A DNA stretch of 64,000 nt from Octopus sinensis (GCF_006345805.1 NC_043003.1:50654001-50718000), one strand, 5' to 3'. Counted from the first letter of the stretch, positions 26,745 to 40,934 are shown. Notes: a model not told the origin generated them from the letters alone. Program-made: numbers and translations.

Positions 26745-27035
26745 CATGAGAACATCGCGACTCAATTTCTTCACTGCAAACGGTCCTGCTCTTTTCAATG
26801 TTATCCCGAAAGAAATTAAAGTACAATAAGACCCCACAACTTTCAAACCGTACCTGGACAAATTCCTCCAGGAAATACCGGATAAACCACCTACACCTGG
26901 ATATGTCTCAACCAAGAACAACTCTCCGTTTGAATAGGCCATGGTGTACCGAGATAACTAAAAGACTTTTGCAGGTGGTGCTATTGAGTTAGTCATGGTC
27001 TGGGTCGATAATGGCCAAAACCAATCTAAGTTTTC
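26745..27035 (+). pseudogene. LINE 3' end (CR1/L2-group-like)
   Basis: RLNFFTANGPALFNVIPKEI...TFKPYLDKFLQEIPDKPPTPGY resembles the GP.LFN.LP...FK..LD.FL..IPD.P C-terminus of this group. Confidence 0.6.
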
Positions 27036-27134
27036 TAAATCCCCTTTATATTAAGATTTGAACTTTAAAGCCTTCGAAGATACACTGATAAGCAGTAGGC
27101 TTTGGAACTATCATCTGTATAGTATGTTTTTTTA

Positions 27135-27354
27135 ATTTCTTTTACTTGTTTCAGTCAATTGACTGCGACCATACTGGAGCACCGCCTTTAGTCGAACAAA
27201 TCGACCCCAGGGCTTATTCTTTGTAAGCCTAGAACTTATTCTGTCGGTATTTCTTGCCGAACTGCTAACTTACGGGGACGTAAACACACCAACATCGGTT
27301 GTCAAGCGATGGTGGGGTGACAAACAGAGACGCACATACATACATACAATATAC

Positions 27355-27392
<38 letters not shown>

Positions 27393-27570
27393 TATTCGAC
27401 AGGCTTGTTTCAGTTTCCGTCTACCGAATCTACAAGCAAGGCTTTGGTCGGTTCGAGGCTATTGCAGAAGACATTTGCCGAAGGTACCACGAGGTGTGGT
27501 TGAACCCAGAACCATGTGGTTGTGAAGCAAACTTCTTACCACACAACCACTCCTACGTCTATATATAAAA
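27135..27570 (-). mobile_element. SINE family B
   Basis: Tail TTTTACTTGTTTCAGTCA..., internal (TA)n, head. Confidence 0.85.
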
Positions 27571-28009
27571 TTAAAAAAATTAATTCGTAACTGCGCGATA
27601 ATAACTCTAGTTCTATCATAGAAACAAGAATCGTAGGCAGCAGCGAATGATCAAGAAATAGAGAGATTGGGTTAAAATGGGGTGAGAAAGAGTAGGGCGA
27701 GAGAGCGAGAGGAAGAGGTAAAAAGAGCGAGAGGAAGAACGAGAGAGGGCAAGAAGAAGTGGGAGTGACAGCGAGAGTAAGAGGAAGAGACAGCGAGACA
27801 AAGAGGGAGAGGGGGATTAGAAGAAGGGAGCGGCAGGTTTCAAAACTTTTTTTTTACGATAAGCGAACAAAGGATCATCTTATATGTTCACTTTGACTTG
27901 CTAGAAATGTGTGTGAATGCGTCTTTGCGTTTAGTACTGTACTTGTCCTCCACCATCTCTTGACAAGCAGTGTTGGTTTGTTTACATTCCCGTAATAGCA
28001 CTATAACTT

Positions 28010-29400
28010 TATAAGTGTCATTAATGGGACTCTAGATTACTTTCCCTTTTTTTTGGTCTGAAGTTAAAGGCTTGTAGTTTATTGAGACCCTTCAAGACCA
28101 GCAGTGACAGAAAATACATATGCAAGGGAAGAAAAAAATCGGTATGGTAAATAGTGTAGGACTCCAGGAAAGTGAAGAAGGAAGAGAAGAAGAGATGAGC
28201 AACTTAGAAGTGCTTGTGTTGGGGTGGTAGGAGACAAGCTATCGCTCAAGAGCAGTGACCAGTGTTGTTGTGGTAGAAAGCTAGAGGAGAAGACAGCATA
28301 TTTGTGAGTCAGAGGAGAGAAATACGTATTAATGAATTTATGCTAATCAAACGAGTACTGGATGCAGTGGAGGATGAATGTCCGTGTGTGCAGCAACAGC
28401 ACCGTCCTAAATCTGGCAGCAATATTCTTATGTGGATTGTGTCTGTATTTCGTTGAGGGTCGCTAATTGTTGAGCGGTGAAGCATTTTCTAGCTCTAAGA
28501 AGGCCTATCTTTGGGATTCAGTTTTTCGAAAAATAATAAAGTGCGTTTCCCAGACGTCCTTAGTAACAGTGCAGCCTAGAATGTGAGGGTTTTAGTTTTA
28601 TGTTGTTCAAGTTCAGGGGGCGTGAAATGCAATAATGATATGAGCAGTGTTTTTTTTCCCCTTTTTTTGCTGTTGAAGGAAATAAAACTGGAAGGACAGC
28701 AAATGATGTTTCCGAGCTTGCTGCTCATGGAGCTAATACCGATTGGTTGTGAGATGCAAAGGTTACAGAAAGATGATGTTTGGATGCAAAAGATTGAGGA
28801 GGGGTAAAGTGTGGTATCGTCAACGTATGAGTGGGTGGTGTTGACTGTTAGAGTAAGTAGATTCCCATGGTTGACAGAGTATGCGTCTGAGAGTGTTCCA
28901 TCAGCACACGTCCAGCAGGAGGCCACTAGTCCAAGGGATAAGAAACGGAAGAGATCCACTGGTAGGTTGTTTTAATTAGAGATGCCCAGTATTGACAGAA
29001 TTGAAACCTTTCCTGATATCGAAGAAAATAAATCTATTGATGACTATAGCTCTTTAGTGAGTGACAAAGTACTCCAATATATCTGGCTTTACGAAATCGT
29101 ACAGATGGTCATTAAAGGAGGAGTAATTTAACGGTTTGAAAAAGATCAGTGATAACAGCTGTCTCCTGCGATTTTGAGATATTAGAAATGAGCATGATAA
29201 ATTGATAATTGACAGGGTCAGAACAGTTGCCCTTCGTGAGAATGAGACACGCTAAAATTTGTTCCCAAAGGTCGGGATGTATCTTTACAGACATAAGGGT
29301 AAAGATCATTTGAAGAGTTTGTTGAGGATAGGGTTGCTCTAGAGTCCACTGAGGGTATTGTAAAGAATGCTGAATGCCCCATTGAACCTATTAGTTTGAA
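28010..29400 (-). pseudogene. Heavily decayed CR1-group LINE reverse transcriptase
   Basis: KGNCSDPVNYQFIMLISNISK (RT domain 1-like) and HSYVDDTTLY (YADD motif) appear in the correct order on the minus strand. Confidence 0.7.
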
Positions 29401-29584
29401 ATAGCCGGATGTTGTTTCGCAGGTGGTGTGTGCGTGATGGTGAACCTGGTGGAATGGAAAGGACAGCTGAAGATTTGCCGTGTGTGTGTGTGTGTGTGTG
29501 TGTGCGTGTGTGTGAAATAGTAATTATGTATTATGCTACTAACTCAATAGCAATTTCTCGTAACCGACGGATCAACTGGAACTG

Positions 29585-29850
29585 CGTGGATTAGTGGCTA
29601 CGGTTTTCAGCTCACGATAGTAAAGTCATGAGTTCGATACACACCATCGTGTTGTGGCCTTTAGCAAGACACGTTATTTCGCATTGCTCCAGTCTGCTCA
29701 GCTGGCAAAAAATAAGCTGTATTTGTATTTCAAAGGGCCAGCTTTGTCACTTCACACAATCTCCCTGAAAACTACGTTAAGGTTACGCGAGTCTGTGGAG
29801 TGCTCAGCCATTTACATCTTAATTTCAAGAGCAGACTGTAACCGACGGGG
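29585..29850 (+). mobile_element. SINE family D
   Basis: Aligns by eye with 16424-16680. Confidence 0.75.
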
Positions 29851-30134
29851 TGGCAGTAGAGCAATCTATAGGCGCTGGATTTCACAAAACGAGAATGGAG
29901 TATACCACAGATACGGGTGTTTTTAACATCATCCTCAACCAGACTAAGTGTAACGAAGCTGGGCCTTTGAGTTACAAATTCAATCTGTCCCATGACCTTC
30001 AGCCAAATATCCGTTTTCTCAATTTTCATCCACGGCTGAAATAAATGATATGTTTAAGAGATGCCGAGCAGTGGTATCGAACTTGGAACCCCGTGACTGC
30101 GAATATTCCACCATACGCGCATGCAGAAGCAATC

Positions 30135-30165
<31 letters not shown>

Positions 30166-30229
30166 CATATGCATAGACACATAGAAGCACACACAAATCC
30201 ATTTACACACATACACGTAAACACAGAAG

Positions 30230-30261
<32 letters not shown>

Positions 30262-30635
30262 CATTTACACACGTTGGCGCCAGTTTAAAAAAAAAGTAAA
30301 AATACTTACGCCTCCATAGATTTCAGAAACGGAATATTTCTTGTATGTATAAGTGCGTGTATATGTGTGCGTGCTGGTTTGTATAATGCGTGCGTTAGTT
30401 TCTATCTGTAATATGTATGCGATGCGTGTGGAGTGGGGAAGATAAAAAAATAATAAAATAAAGTGGTGGGTGGGTGTTAAATACAGAAAGAGAATCAGAG
30501 AAGTAAAATAGATTTGAATGGGTTGAGAAGATGGTAATATCTTGAAGGTGTTTCAACTACCCAGCTTACTTTACAGTAAGTTGATAGAGATGGAAGTCAA
30601 CTTGACTCTGCCCACTGATGTATGTATGTATGTAA

Positions 30636-30683
<48 letters not shown>

Positions 30684-31234
30684 ACACACACACATATATC
30701 TATATATACACATACAAATATATATACATGTATATGTGTATATATACATACTCACACACACGCACACACAAGTGCACACCCACAGACATATATAATCAGA
30801 ATAACCCCAATTCTAACGAATCACAGACGACTTTCCAGCAATTTTCTAAAAAGAGCGGGAGGAGAGAGAGCGAGATAAATAGACACACACACATACACAC
30901 ATACACACACACACATGCATATACACACTCACACATACACATATACGTTTATATTTACGTCGGTATTTATAGAAATATATTTGATTTATTGACATTATAT
31001 CCGTTTCTAAAGAACATCTATTGGTATTTGGGAGCAACTCCAACCGTAAAGAGGAAAGTTCCCTAAAATGGACAGGCCATTGCGGAAAAGGGGGAAAGAA
31101 AATCTGATTGCCTAGAGGCACGATAACAGCCGTGGGCACGTGTGCCATCAGGACAGACGTTGCCATATATTGCTTGGACTAGATAGGATACTAAGACAAA
31201 AACAAAAAAAACGCCTTTACGACATAGGTTATTG

Positions 31235-31269
<35 letters not shown>

Positions 31270-32589
31270 TGTGTGTGGGTGTGTCTGTGTGGCTGTGTCA
31301 TCCATGTATATAAGAATTTATAATAAAATGAATTGGGGCGCATGGGGTGCCTGTGTGAAGTAGTAGCTCTGACGGGGGAACGTGTGGTGCTCTTCGGAGT
31401 AGTTCGTCCGCTTTTTTCCTCATCTTTCATTCAGTTCTCATCTATGGTTCATCGAAGTCGTCTGCATGAAACAGCGGCTAGGCACTGAGCAACGACTTCC
31501 ACACGCCAGCTAAACCATGGTGAGATAAGCTGACGGCTCTCAAATCCTCAAGCTAGTGCATGTCAACGTATGTACGTGAAAACTGAACCCGGACAACTGT
31601 GCGGAGAAAATCACAAGATTGGTTCAATGGGCAGGATGGAGCAGCAGAAATCGCTGTAAAGCGCGAACAGGGCACAGTAAGACACGAAGGACAGTGTGTT
31701 CATCCACTGCATCCCGACCTATCTCTAGTCGTTTTGACTTCGTCCTGACACTGGCGTTAGATAGGAAGGGATAATAGAGTCAGATACATGACGTTGCGAA
31801 ACCTCTTCTAAATTTAATCCATGTCATGCGCAGGTCAAAACATGACGCCATCCCTAACCCACCTTCAAGTCCTGTGGCAATGGACGAATGACAAACAAAG
31901 TAGCAGGTATGGATTCACTGAAAGCTACAATCACAAACCTACACACAGGCTGGCCGGGGCATAGGGTCGTTACCCACTGGAACGAAGCAGCAGTAGTACT
32001 GGGTTACCCACAGGTTGTCCTTGGTCATCGTCGACAACGACGAACTAAGAAATAAAAATAAATGCTGTGACGTACATTTCATTTCGCGTCATACGACGCC
32101 CAGGATAGTTTCTAACTTTAGATCGAGATCGTGAATCCCCTTAATATCTTTAGCAAGCAAGTGTAATGATAAAATTAATACATGCATAATCCCCTAAAGT
32201 GGTATTTTGACAGTGTTTACGGTAATTTAAAAGCAAACTGGGAAATTATAGCTGTATCCTGACCAATGATTAAACATACAAATTCATATTTACTGGTATG
32301 ACATTGACAACAAATGAATATAATATTAAAAGGCATATCAGTCAATGGAAATATGCTACGAGCAAGCGGATAACAAGAGAAATATTCAGGAGAACTCTCA
32401 TCCTGCGCTTACCTACATGAGAAGAAACAAATTTGTATCAAAGGGAATGCCACCAACAAGGCATCTCTCCACACTCTAACACAGTTTTGACACGTTAATT
32501 CTTGACATTCTAAGGCAGCCGTACCCACCTGGGTCATGACACCGAGTTGTCGCTCTGGTGTTTCTGAAATGCTAGTTTTAGTGGGGATT

Positions 32590-33000
32590 GGGTGAGAAAC
32601 TTTCTTCCCAACCATGTGGTCTTGCTTCCTTGGGTTTAGCCTCACTGTGCGGCACGTTGGGTGTCTTGTGCTATCGCCCAAAAGGCCGAGCAAAGCATCG
32701 TGAGTGGATTTGGCGGACGGAGATTGAAGGAAGCCAGTCGAATGTGTGTGTGTGTACGTGTGCGTGTGTGTGCGTATGTGTGTGTGTGTGCGTGTGTGTG
32801 TGTGTGTGTGTTGTGTGTATGTGTGTGTTGTTTGGCTACGACCAGTGATTGACAATTGGTATTGGAATGTTTACATCTTCTCAGCGGTTCGACAGAAGAG
32901 GGAGATAAGTACCAGGTTTAAACATAAATATTGGGGTCAATTTGTTCGACTAAACTCTTGAAAGCAGTGCCCCGGCATGACAGTAGTTCACTGACCAAAC
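32590..33000 (+). mobile_element. SINE family B, diverged
   Basis: Head, (TG)n interior, tail. Confidence 0.75.
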
Positions 33001-33174
33001 ACCAGTGGACCTTCCTACGCCGATGCCTCCTTTATAAACTGGATTGTTTACCCGTTGATTTATATTTTAGCACATAACCATTAATGTGGTATGCTTCACT
33101 TAAATATACCCTGTTCTTAATTATGTATCTACCTATCTATCTTACCTATCTGCCTATTTATCCTCTCTGTTCAA

Positions 33175-33420
33175 TTGCGAGTTCAATTCCAGGCAGTGCT
33201 TTGAATAAATAATAATAATAACAACAACAACAATAATAATAATAATAATATATTAATAATATCTTCAGCTAAAAAAAAATACTTTAGGAATGAAAACCCA
33301 GGGTTGGGTTCGAAATTCTACCAGGACTTCTGATGAAGGCTGGAGAGTAAATCAGCCGAAACGATGTGGTAACAACAAACAAGATGAGGACACATATCCG
33401 TCCAATGTAAATAATGAACT
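33175..33420 (+). mobile_element. Short PLE-derived element with a degenerate minimal hammerhead (33326-33369)
   Basis: CTGATGA-A-GGCTG...CAGCC-GAAA-CGAT. Stem I and U16.1 are mutated. Same family as 61381-61508. Confidence 0.65.
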
Positions 33421-33482
33421 TTATTTCAGCATAAATATGTATTTGAATAAACATTTATGCAATTAGTCTTGATAATGATTTT

Positions 33483-34612
33483 TTAAGCAAAGTATTCTAT
33501 GAAATCGTTTTCGTCTTCGATGATTGCTTCAATGCGGGCCCGAAAACGCTGGCATGCTGACACTATATGGTTCTTAGTTATTTCGGATAACACCTGGACG
33601 ACGGAAGCCTTCAGTGAAGCTATAGTATTATGAGGATGACGATGAGTCTCCCTTTCAACAGCGCTCCACACGTAGTAGTCCACGGCGTTCAAATCTGGCG
33701 AGTTTGGAGGCCCAGTATATTGGATGCTACATAATCGTAAAGATTGTTTGACAACCATTCTTGGGTGTCTGGGGTTGTGTGAGAAAGTGCTGAACCTTGT
33801 TGAAACACGTATGGACCTCTATTGCATATTTCATCAATCCAGGGCTTGATAACAGCTTCCAGTATCTCAGTATATCCTGCAGCATTAATTCTAGGACCCC
33901 GTGGAAAAATGCGGGGAGGCATCACATGACCTTTGCTACTCACCATTTCTAAAACCATCACAGTTGCTGGAAATTTCGTGTGCATCACTCTGGGTACAGC
34001 AGAAGGCTCTGCACATAACCACCTGTCATTTCTTGTTAGACTTTTGATCGTGGGACAAAAACCGAAGCATTCCTTGTTCATGAGAGTTTTTTCACTTTGT
34101 TAATTAAGCGTTTTGAACGGATGAGAAGTTTTCCTGTGTCTTTGCATACACGAAATGGCCTTTCCTCATTACATAAGACTTGTACCAAATGTCACGATGT
34201 ACACAGTTCTGATATAGTACTCTGACACCCGGAATTCTTTGGCAATAGACCTCATTGATCTTTTGGGGTTTTTCATTGATAATGTATAGAACATGCATAA
34301 ATTCCAGTGTCCCTTTAGTGTCTTAGCGTTGTGAATGATTTTTCTCTTTGATGCAGATGAAACAATACCATCACATGCCCCCAATTCCAACCGAACTTTG
34401 TGTACAAATGATCTTGCTACATTTAGGAAGTTGCTAATTTCTAAATAACTGTGGTTTACGTGTATAGCAACTATGACTGCGTGTCTTTTTATTTCTTGAG
34501 TTAGCATGACATCTTGAAGGGATTATCTGAAACGCAAAAATGATACATTAAATAATTTGAAGGTGTAATGAACTAAAAACGAAATGTTTTCAAATACCCC
34601 TCACACTTTGTA
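33483..34612 (-). pseudogene. Tc1/mariner-superfamily transposon, maT-like (DD37D), frameshifted
   Basis: HTH-type N-terminus, then VMVL..VS..G, FQQ(G)SA.SH and PPNSPDLNAVDYYVW. Spacing to the last D is 37 if one W is restored at the frameshift. TA at 34611. Confidence 0.85.
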
Positions 34613-35570
34613 TATATATACATATATATATATATATGCTCGTGTAGAACGTACACGTGCATGTGTAAGTCAGACATACACGTGTTCGACATAATACGGC
34701 GTAATTGATTAAACATGAAGCGTATTATCTTCAAAGTGCTCAATAAATAATTGAATATCAGTTAGAAATTACAGAGCTAAGACATTTATCTAAATTTAAA
34801 TGTCGATCAAAGTTTAGGAACACAGAAAATATTACACAAAACATATATTATCAAGGCGAAACGTTGCTGCAACACAACCTGCTTAGTCAGCCGATTTTCA
34901 AAACAGAGAGGGAGAGTAATGCAAGATTTATGGCTAAAGGCACACGAAGCCTTTTGTTTGTCACAAGACTGGATAGGACAAGCGCATGGAACAAATGAAA
35001 CCAAATCCTTAGTGGAGCAATAATTATTTTTCTTGATGCAGGAATTATCCCCAAATGAAATAATTGCGGTTTAAAACTGTGTGATTAATTCGAGTAAACA
35101 CCAAGCATATTATCATAAAAGTGTTCAATATGTAATTCATTGTATGTAAACAAATTTAGAACTGCAGCATATATACACATACATATACTTTTGATATATT
35201 CGTATATACTTATATATAAATATATATGTATACATATGCATAGCTATGCACACACGCTCACACACCCACACCCACACCCACACACACAAATAAACACTCA
35301 CACCCAAATATGCATTACACCACTGATAAACACACAATGAAAGAAGATCTGAATGGAATCCAAATAAGCCATTGGTAACTACAGAAGTGTGAAATCTGTT
35401 AAGAATTAATACTAAATAAGAGATGTAAACATAGTTAAGTAACAGATGTTTAATGCCACCCATATCATTCATATAACACAGACACATAAATATCACAGAC
35501 ACACAGACACATAAATGTCCGTATATGAGTATACACACATATATAAATATACATGCAAACATACATGAAC

Positions 35571-35641
<71 letters not shown>

Positions 35642-36022
35642 TATACATACATACATACACGCACTACAAATATATATTTGTTAAGAGTGACGGACGCAAT
35701 TTTAGTTCAAATTAGCATTCTGTATATCATACATAACGCAGATATATGTAGAAACACTTGAGACTGCGTTATTCGTCTCGAAAAAGCATCTTGTATAAAC
35801 GTATTATGTTTAAAAGAAAACACAGAAATATTTCATCGGCAGACGAAAAGTCCAAAGCAGTTGTGGCGGAATTGCTGAATCCGTATCTTACAATAAATTT
35901 AGAGGCTGTCTCGAGACGAATACTGCAATTTCTAGGCTTTCTACAGCATACTTGCGTTAAGATGATATACAGAATGAGAAGATATATAAGTATGTGTGTG
36001 TGTGCTCTATACACGCACACAA

Positions 36023-36064
<42 letters not shown>

Positions 36065-36476
36065 CTGGTTGCAGTCATTGGACAGCAGCTAAAATGTAAC
36101 AAGTCGACCGCAGTACTTATTTCTAAAGTCTGGTTCTTCATTCTCTTTTTGCCGAGCCACTATGTTGCGGGGACGTAAACAAGTCAACACCGTTTGTGAA
36201 GCAGTCGTGGAGGTGAAACATGAAGCTTCGTCTACTCAGGGTTTTAGTAGAAGATATCTGCTCAATGTGCCACGTAGTGGGACTGAATTTGATTGGGAAG
36301 CAAGCATTTTATCACACAGCCCTTCCTGCGCCTACTTACATGAGTAAAAAGAAATTTTTATCCAAGAGAAGGCCACCAACTTGGACTGGTAGAACTTGAC
36401 ATCAGTGTTGCGCAAGCGTTGCTGTCAGAACACAAAGGGCCAGAAGTGATACAGCATCTATCTCCACGCTCTAACA

Positions 36477-37162
36477 CAGTGGTTCTCAACCACAGTCTAC
36501 ACGGTACTTGAGGGTTCATATTTTGTTTATACAATCAAATAATTAAAAAAATCGAAATTATGTATGTCCGTCCAGGACCCCTGTACCCCAGTCTACATTT
36601 GCTCTACACAGGCATATTATATCTTCTTAGAAAGAGGACGATCCCGGGATTCAAAATTTGCCCTTCATTTGGTTCTTAAACATCCAGCATTGGGATCTGA
36701 TCTAAAAACATTTGAGTTGCTATTTCTACCTGGCAAAGCTTGTTTTATTCACGCCACCTTGGCTAGCGTTTGTCAGATGGTGTTAGAGATCAAGGAGAGA
36801 TAAATGACATTTGCTTAGTTAATTTTATGTCGAGATAAGAACTTTGGGATAAATTGGCCAACAATTGGAATCCAACTTGGGACTCGAACAATTGAGTGAT
36901 TGCATTACATAATTAATTCTCATCCGTCCTTAACCCCTGTTCAAATACCACCGGGACATATTGTCATTAAAGACGTATTATAGTCATGATATTTAGCTCA
37001 AAACCGCGCAGAGTGCAGCTTTTGAGATAGTTCCTGATAATATTTAATTCTAAAAATATAATGGAAGTTTTTAAAAACATCGAATGAATATGAGGATCCA
37101 CCCAAGTAAAGTAGGAATGAAAGGGGTCCATAGCCAAAGAAAAATATGGTTGAGAACCATTG
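36477..37162. mobile_element. hAT (Charlie-like) MITE
   Basis: TIRs CAGTGGTTCTCAACCA and TGGTTGAGAACCATTG. The 8-bp flanks CTCTAACA / ATTTAATA match at 5 of 8 positions. Confidence 0.75.
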
Positions 37163-37389
37163 ATTTAATATTTCCTACCATCCATTGTAGCCCTGAATTG
37201 ATATATTTTTATCGACGCCAAAAACATGAAGAGCAAAATTCGACCTCGCCGAGTTTGAAACTCACAGTTTAGAGAACCTCTACGAATATCTACACGAAAT
37301 TTTCGCCAATGCTGTAACAACTCTTTGAAATCTTTGGTAGTTGCTGTAGTTAAATACACGTTTATTACCTTCATATAGGTACACTTTAA

Positions 37390-37570
37390 TCTTTTACTTG
37401 TTTCAGTCATTTGACTGCGGTCATGATGGAGCACCGCCTTTAGTCAAGCAAATCGACCCCAGGAATTATTCTTTGTAAGCCTAGTACTTATTCTATCGGA
37501 CTCTTTCGCCGAACCACTCAGTTACGTGGACGTAAACACACCAGCATCGGTGTTGGGGGGAAAAACACAG

Positions 37571-37601
<31 letters not shown>

Positions 37602-37760
37602 TATATATATACGTTTCCGTCTACCAAATCCACTCACAAGGCTTTGGTCGGCCCGAGGCTATAGTAGAAGACACTTGCCCAAGGTGCCACGCATTGGGAC
37701 TGAACCCGGAACTATGTGGTTGGTAAGCAAGCTACTTACCACTCAGCCACACCTGCGCCT
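37390..37760 (-). mobile_element. SINE family B
   Basis: Tail, (CA)n interior, head. Confidence 0.85.
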
Positions 37761-38029
37761 TTATATGAAATTTATTCTTTGTGGTTTTATAATTCACGCA
37801 GACTTGGGTCGTAGTCCCAACTAATTTCCAATTACTTGTAGAGCACACTCAATGAATAAATAAGCCGACGAGATGTGCTGTGTAATATTCATGCGCGTCT
37901 AATTACCACACAGACACACACACAGACACACACACACACACATACGCATGCATGAATGCAGTTTATGTGTGTGTGTATTATATATATATATATATATAAT
38001 TCTATGCACACAAATAAATTATACATACA

Positions 38030-38031
38030 TG

Positions 38032-38125
<94 letters not shown>

Positions 38126-38372
38126 TATATATACACATATATATACACACATATATATACATATACACACATATATATACACACATATATATATACATAT
38201 ATATACATATATATATATATATACATGTATATATATACATATATATTATATATACATATATATACACACATATATATATACATTATATATATACATATAT
38301 ATATATATACATATATATACATATATATACATATATATATATAATATATATATATATATATACACACACATG
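38030..38372. repeat. Compound (TA)n/(TACA)n microsatellite
   Basis: Direct reading. Confidence 0.95.
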
Positions 38373-39092
38373 AATACACATACACACACAAACGAATGTA
38401 ACGCACATAGTCTCCTTTAAGAGCAGTTTTATTTATTTATTTATTTATTTACTTTATTCTGTCCTTTGATGTGATAGTTTTATTTAAGTAGTAGCAGTAC
38501 AGCAAAACCCTTTACGTAATGTAATAGCTGGTTAATGGAACCTTTACCACACCCTGCGAAAACAGAAACAAATAAATAAAGCAGAAAGAAAGAATGAATG
38601 AATGACGGAATGAAAGGAAGAATTAGAAGAAAAGCAAAACGAAAAATATTTCCCGAGGGACGACTCTACGTTTTGAACCCCAAGTTTTAAGGTTATTTAG
38701 TATTAGGATATTCTGTGTAGTCTACATGAAGTAAGTAATACACATGCAATGTTGTACATCAACTTAGAGGTCCTACCGTCACAACTGCAGTAGTGGCGTT
38801 TATAATTCGCTGGGAATGTTAAATAATACTGAATCATGCATGGAGTGGTCTCCCTTGTTTGTAAAATTTTCAAATTAATATTAGTCGTTAAGTAAATCTT
38901 ATATTTTCCTTTCCTTTTTTATTTATTTTTTTTTTGGCGGGGGGCACTGCTTAAGTATTTCTTTCTATGTATTTAATACTCTCCGCATTAAACATAGAAA
39001 TGCCAACTTAAATATTGCTTTTCATGTGCACAATGTCTGTGAGTAATTAATCCTTGTGATTAGTTTATTTGTTTAATTATGAATTTATAATA

Positions 39093-39485
39093 CTAGCAGT
39101 ATCGCCCGGCGTTGCTCGGGTTTGTAAGGGAAATAACTATATAAGCATTTTTAGAGAGTTATAGCCAAAAAATAGCAAAAAAATGCATTAAAAATGGAAA
39201 AAAATGATGGTAAATTTTTTTTAAATCGTTGACTCATCGTAGACATTTTTAGAGAGTTACTTCCCTTATATAATAGCGAAAAAAATACATTAAAATGGAA
39301 AAAATGATGGTAATTTTTTTTAATTGTAGACTCATCGTAGACGCGCGCTAATACCCAGAAGGGCTCGATATGAATCACGACTATAAGATATCCGGTTTTG
39401 GTTAAACTGCACCGCAAAATGTGGGAGTAGTTAGGAATCTAAATCGTAGGAGACAGACACACAACTTCACTTTTATATATAAAGA
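39093..39485 (-). mobile_element. Non-autonomous Helitron
   Basis: On the minus strand: A|TC 5' end, subterminal hairpin CCCGAGCAACGCCGGG, CTAG|T 3' end. Internal ~98-bp tandem duplication. Confidence 0.85.
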
Positions 39486-39557
39486 TTAACTATAGAAATA
39501 TTATTATTTCTAAGTCTCTCTAAAGGAGACTACGGCAGCGCTACTGGATATTAATAT

Positions 39558-39699
39558 TTATCGCCAAGCTAATATGGCAGTCCAGAAATATAGGACGAAT
39601 ACTGCCGTTGATTAGCTCCAAGAGGTCATCGCCTCTTGGAGCTAATCAACGGCTGCATTCGTCCTATATTTCTGGACAGCAATATTAGCTTGGCGATAA
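39558..39699. repeat. 68-bp-arm near-perfect palindrome with a 6-nt loop
   Basis: 39558-39625 against 39632-39699, 4 mismatches. Confidence 0.95.
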
Positions 39700-40934
39700 C
39701 TAAAATTAACTAGTTACGTTAGAAATCATACCAGTATTCATTTATATTCTTGTTGCTTGCTGTTAGGGTATAACAAAACAAGAAACCCTGTTACCAGAGT
39801 GGAATATAGCAATTGTTGTTGTTGTTTATCCCCATATCATGATCTGATAGAGCAGATCTATGATTCAGATATTCCAGCTGTGACCAACCCACAGAGTTTT
39901 GAGGGATATGTATGATGTTTACATAATACATTGCATCATTGACTTATTTGAAATGTGATATGTGGAAGATTTTTGTATTTTTTTCTATCAGGTCCAGCAA
40001 AATATTGCGTTTTCTAGAGTGGGACGTCACCTTTTCCTTTCTTTTTCTTTTAAGATTAAATCAGCTGTAAGAGTCAATTTTCCTGGCCTTCTCTGTGACT
40101 GATGAGATTAGCTCGGTTGATGTTCAAATCTGCATGGTGTATACTGGAAAATTATAAAAGAGAAGGAAATTTCAGAAGCTTGAAATTGTAGATAAAAAAT
40201 ATTAAGTTATTATGGCTGGTTAGTGAGGAAATATAAGGGAGCGAGAGTAGGAAAGCGATACTAAATACATGTTTATTAAACATTCAAATATAACTCCGGT
40301 TACATATTTATTCAGTACTTGACTGCTAATTTATTCTATCGTCTCTAGAAGGATTAAATATAAAAGACATAGTCGACCCCCAACGGGATTTCTACTCGGA
40401 GCGTAAAAACAGCGTATCTGAATTGCTGCAAGGCTTTTTTATCCGTTGTTATTCAGATTCTGTTATAGCATGGCTTCGTTACTGCGACTAGTTATTGCAG
40501 AATATTTAGTTCAACGTTACACAACATCTGCAGTGGTATTAGTTACGTATTAGCGTGTAAACTATTTTAAACAATTTTTGGTTTTATATATCGTTAATAA
40601 ATACCCTGGCTACTTTCCGTTAAATATTGAAGTTTATAATTGAATTAACATGAGTAAAGCTAATTCAATTTCTAATAGAAATTGCGCAATCATAGTTTCT
40701 TTTGTTTAGGTGAACTACGTAGAACAAATAGGAAATAGCAAACTATTAGGGAGTCGAATCAGGGGTAGAGCTTTCTATATCCGGATGCAACAATTTCCTT
40801 TAATAATGCCCTTGGGAAAAGGTTTACTTTCAACAACTTACTATTTACCTTTCTTTCATAAATCAGAACCTCTGTACGCAGTTGAATTTTTTTTTTAATA
40901 TTGCATTCAAGTTAAATTGGAATTAATATATATG

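Noticed and set aside
29850-30044. 64-aa ORF with protein-like composition
   Set aside because: It starts in a SINE tail, has a weak acceptor, and shows no recognisable domain.
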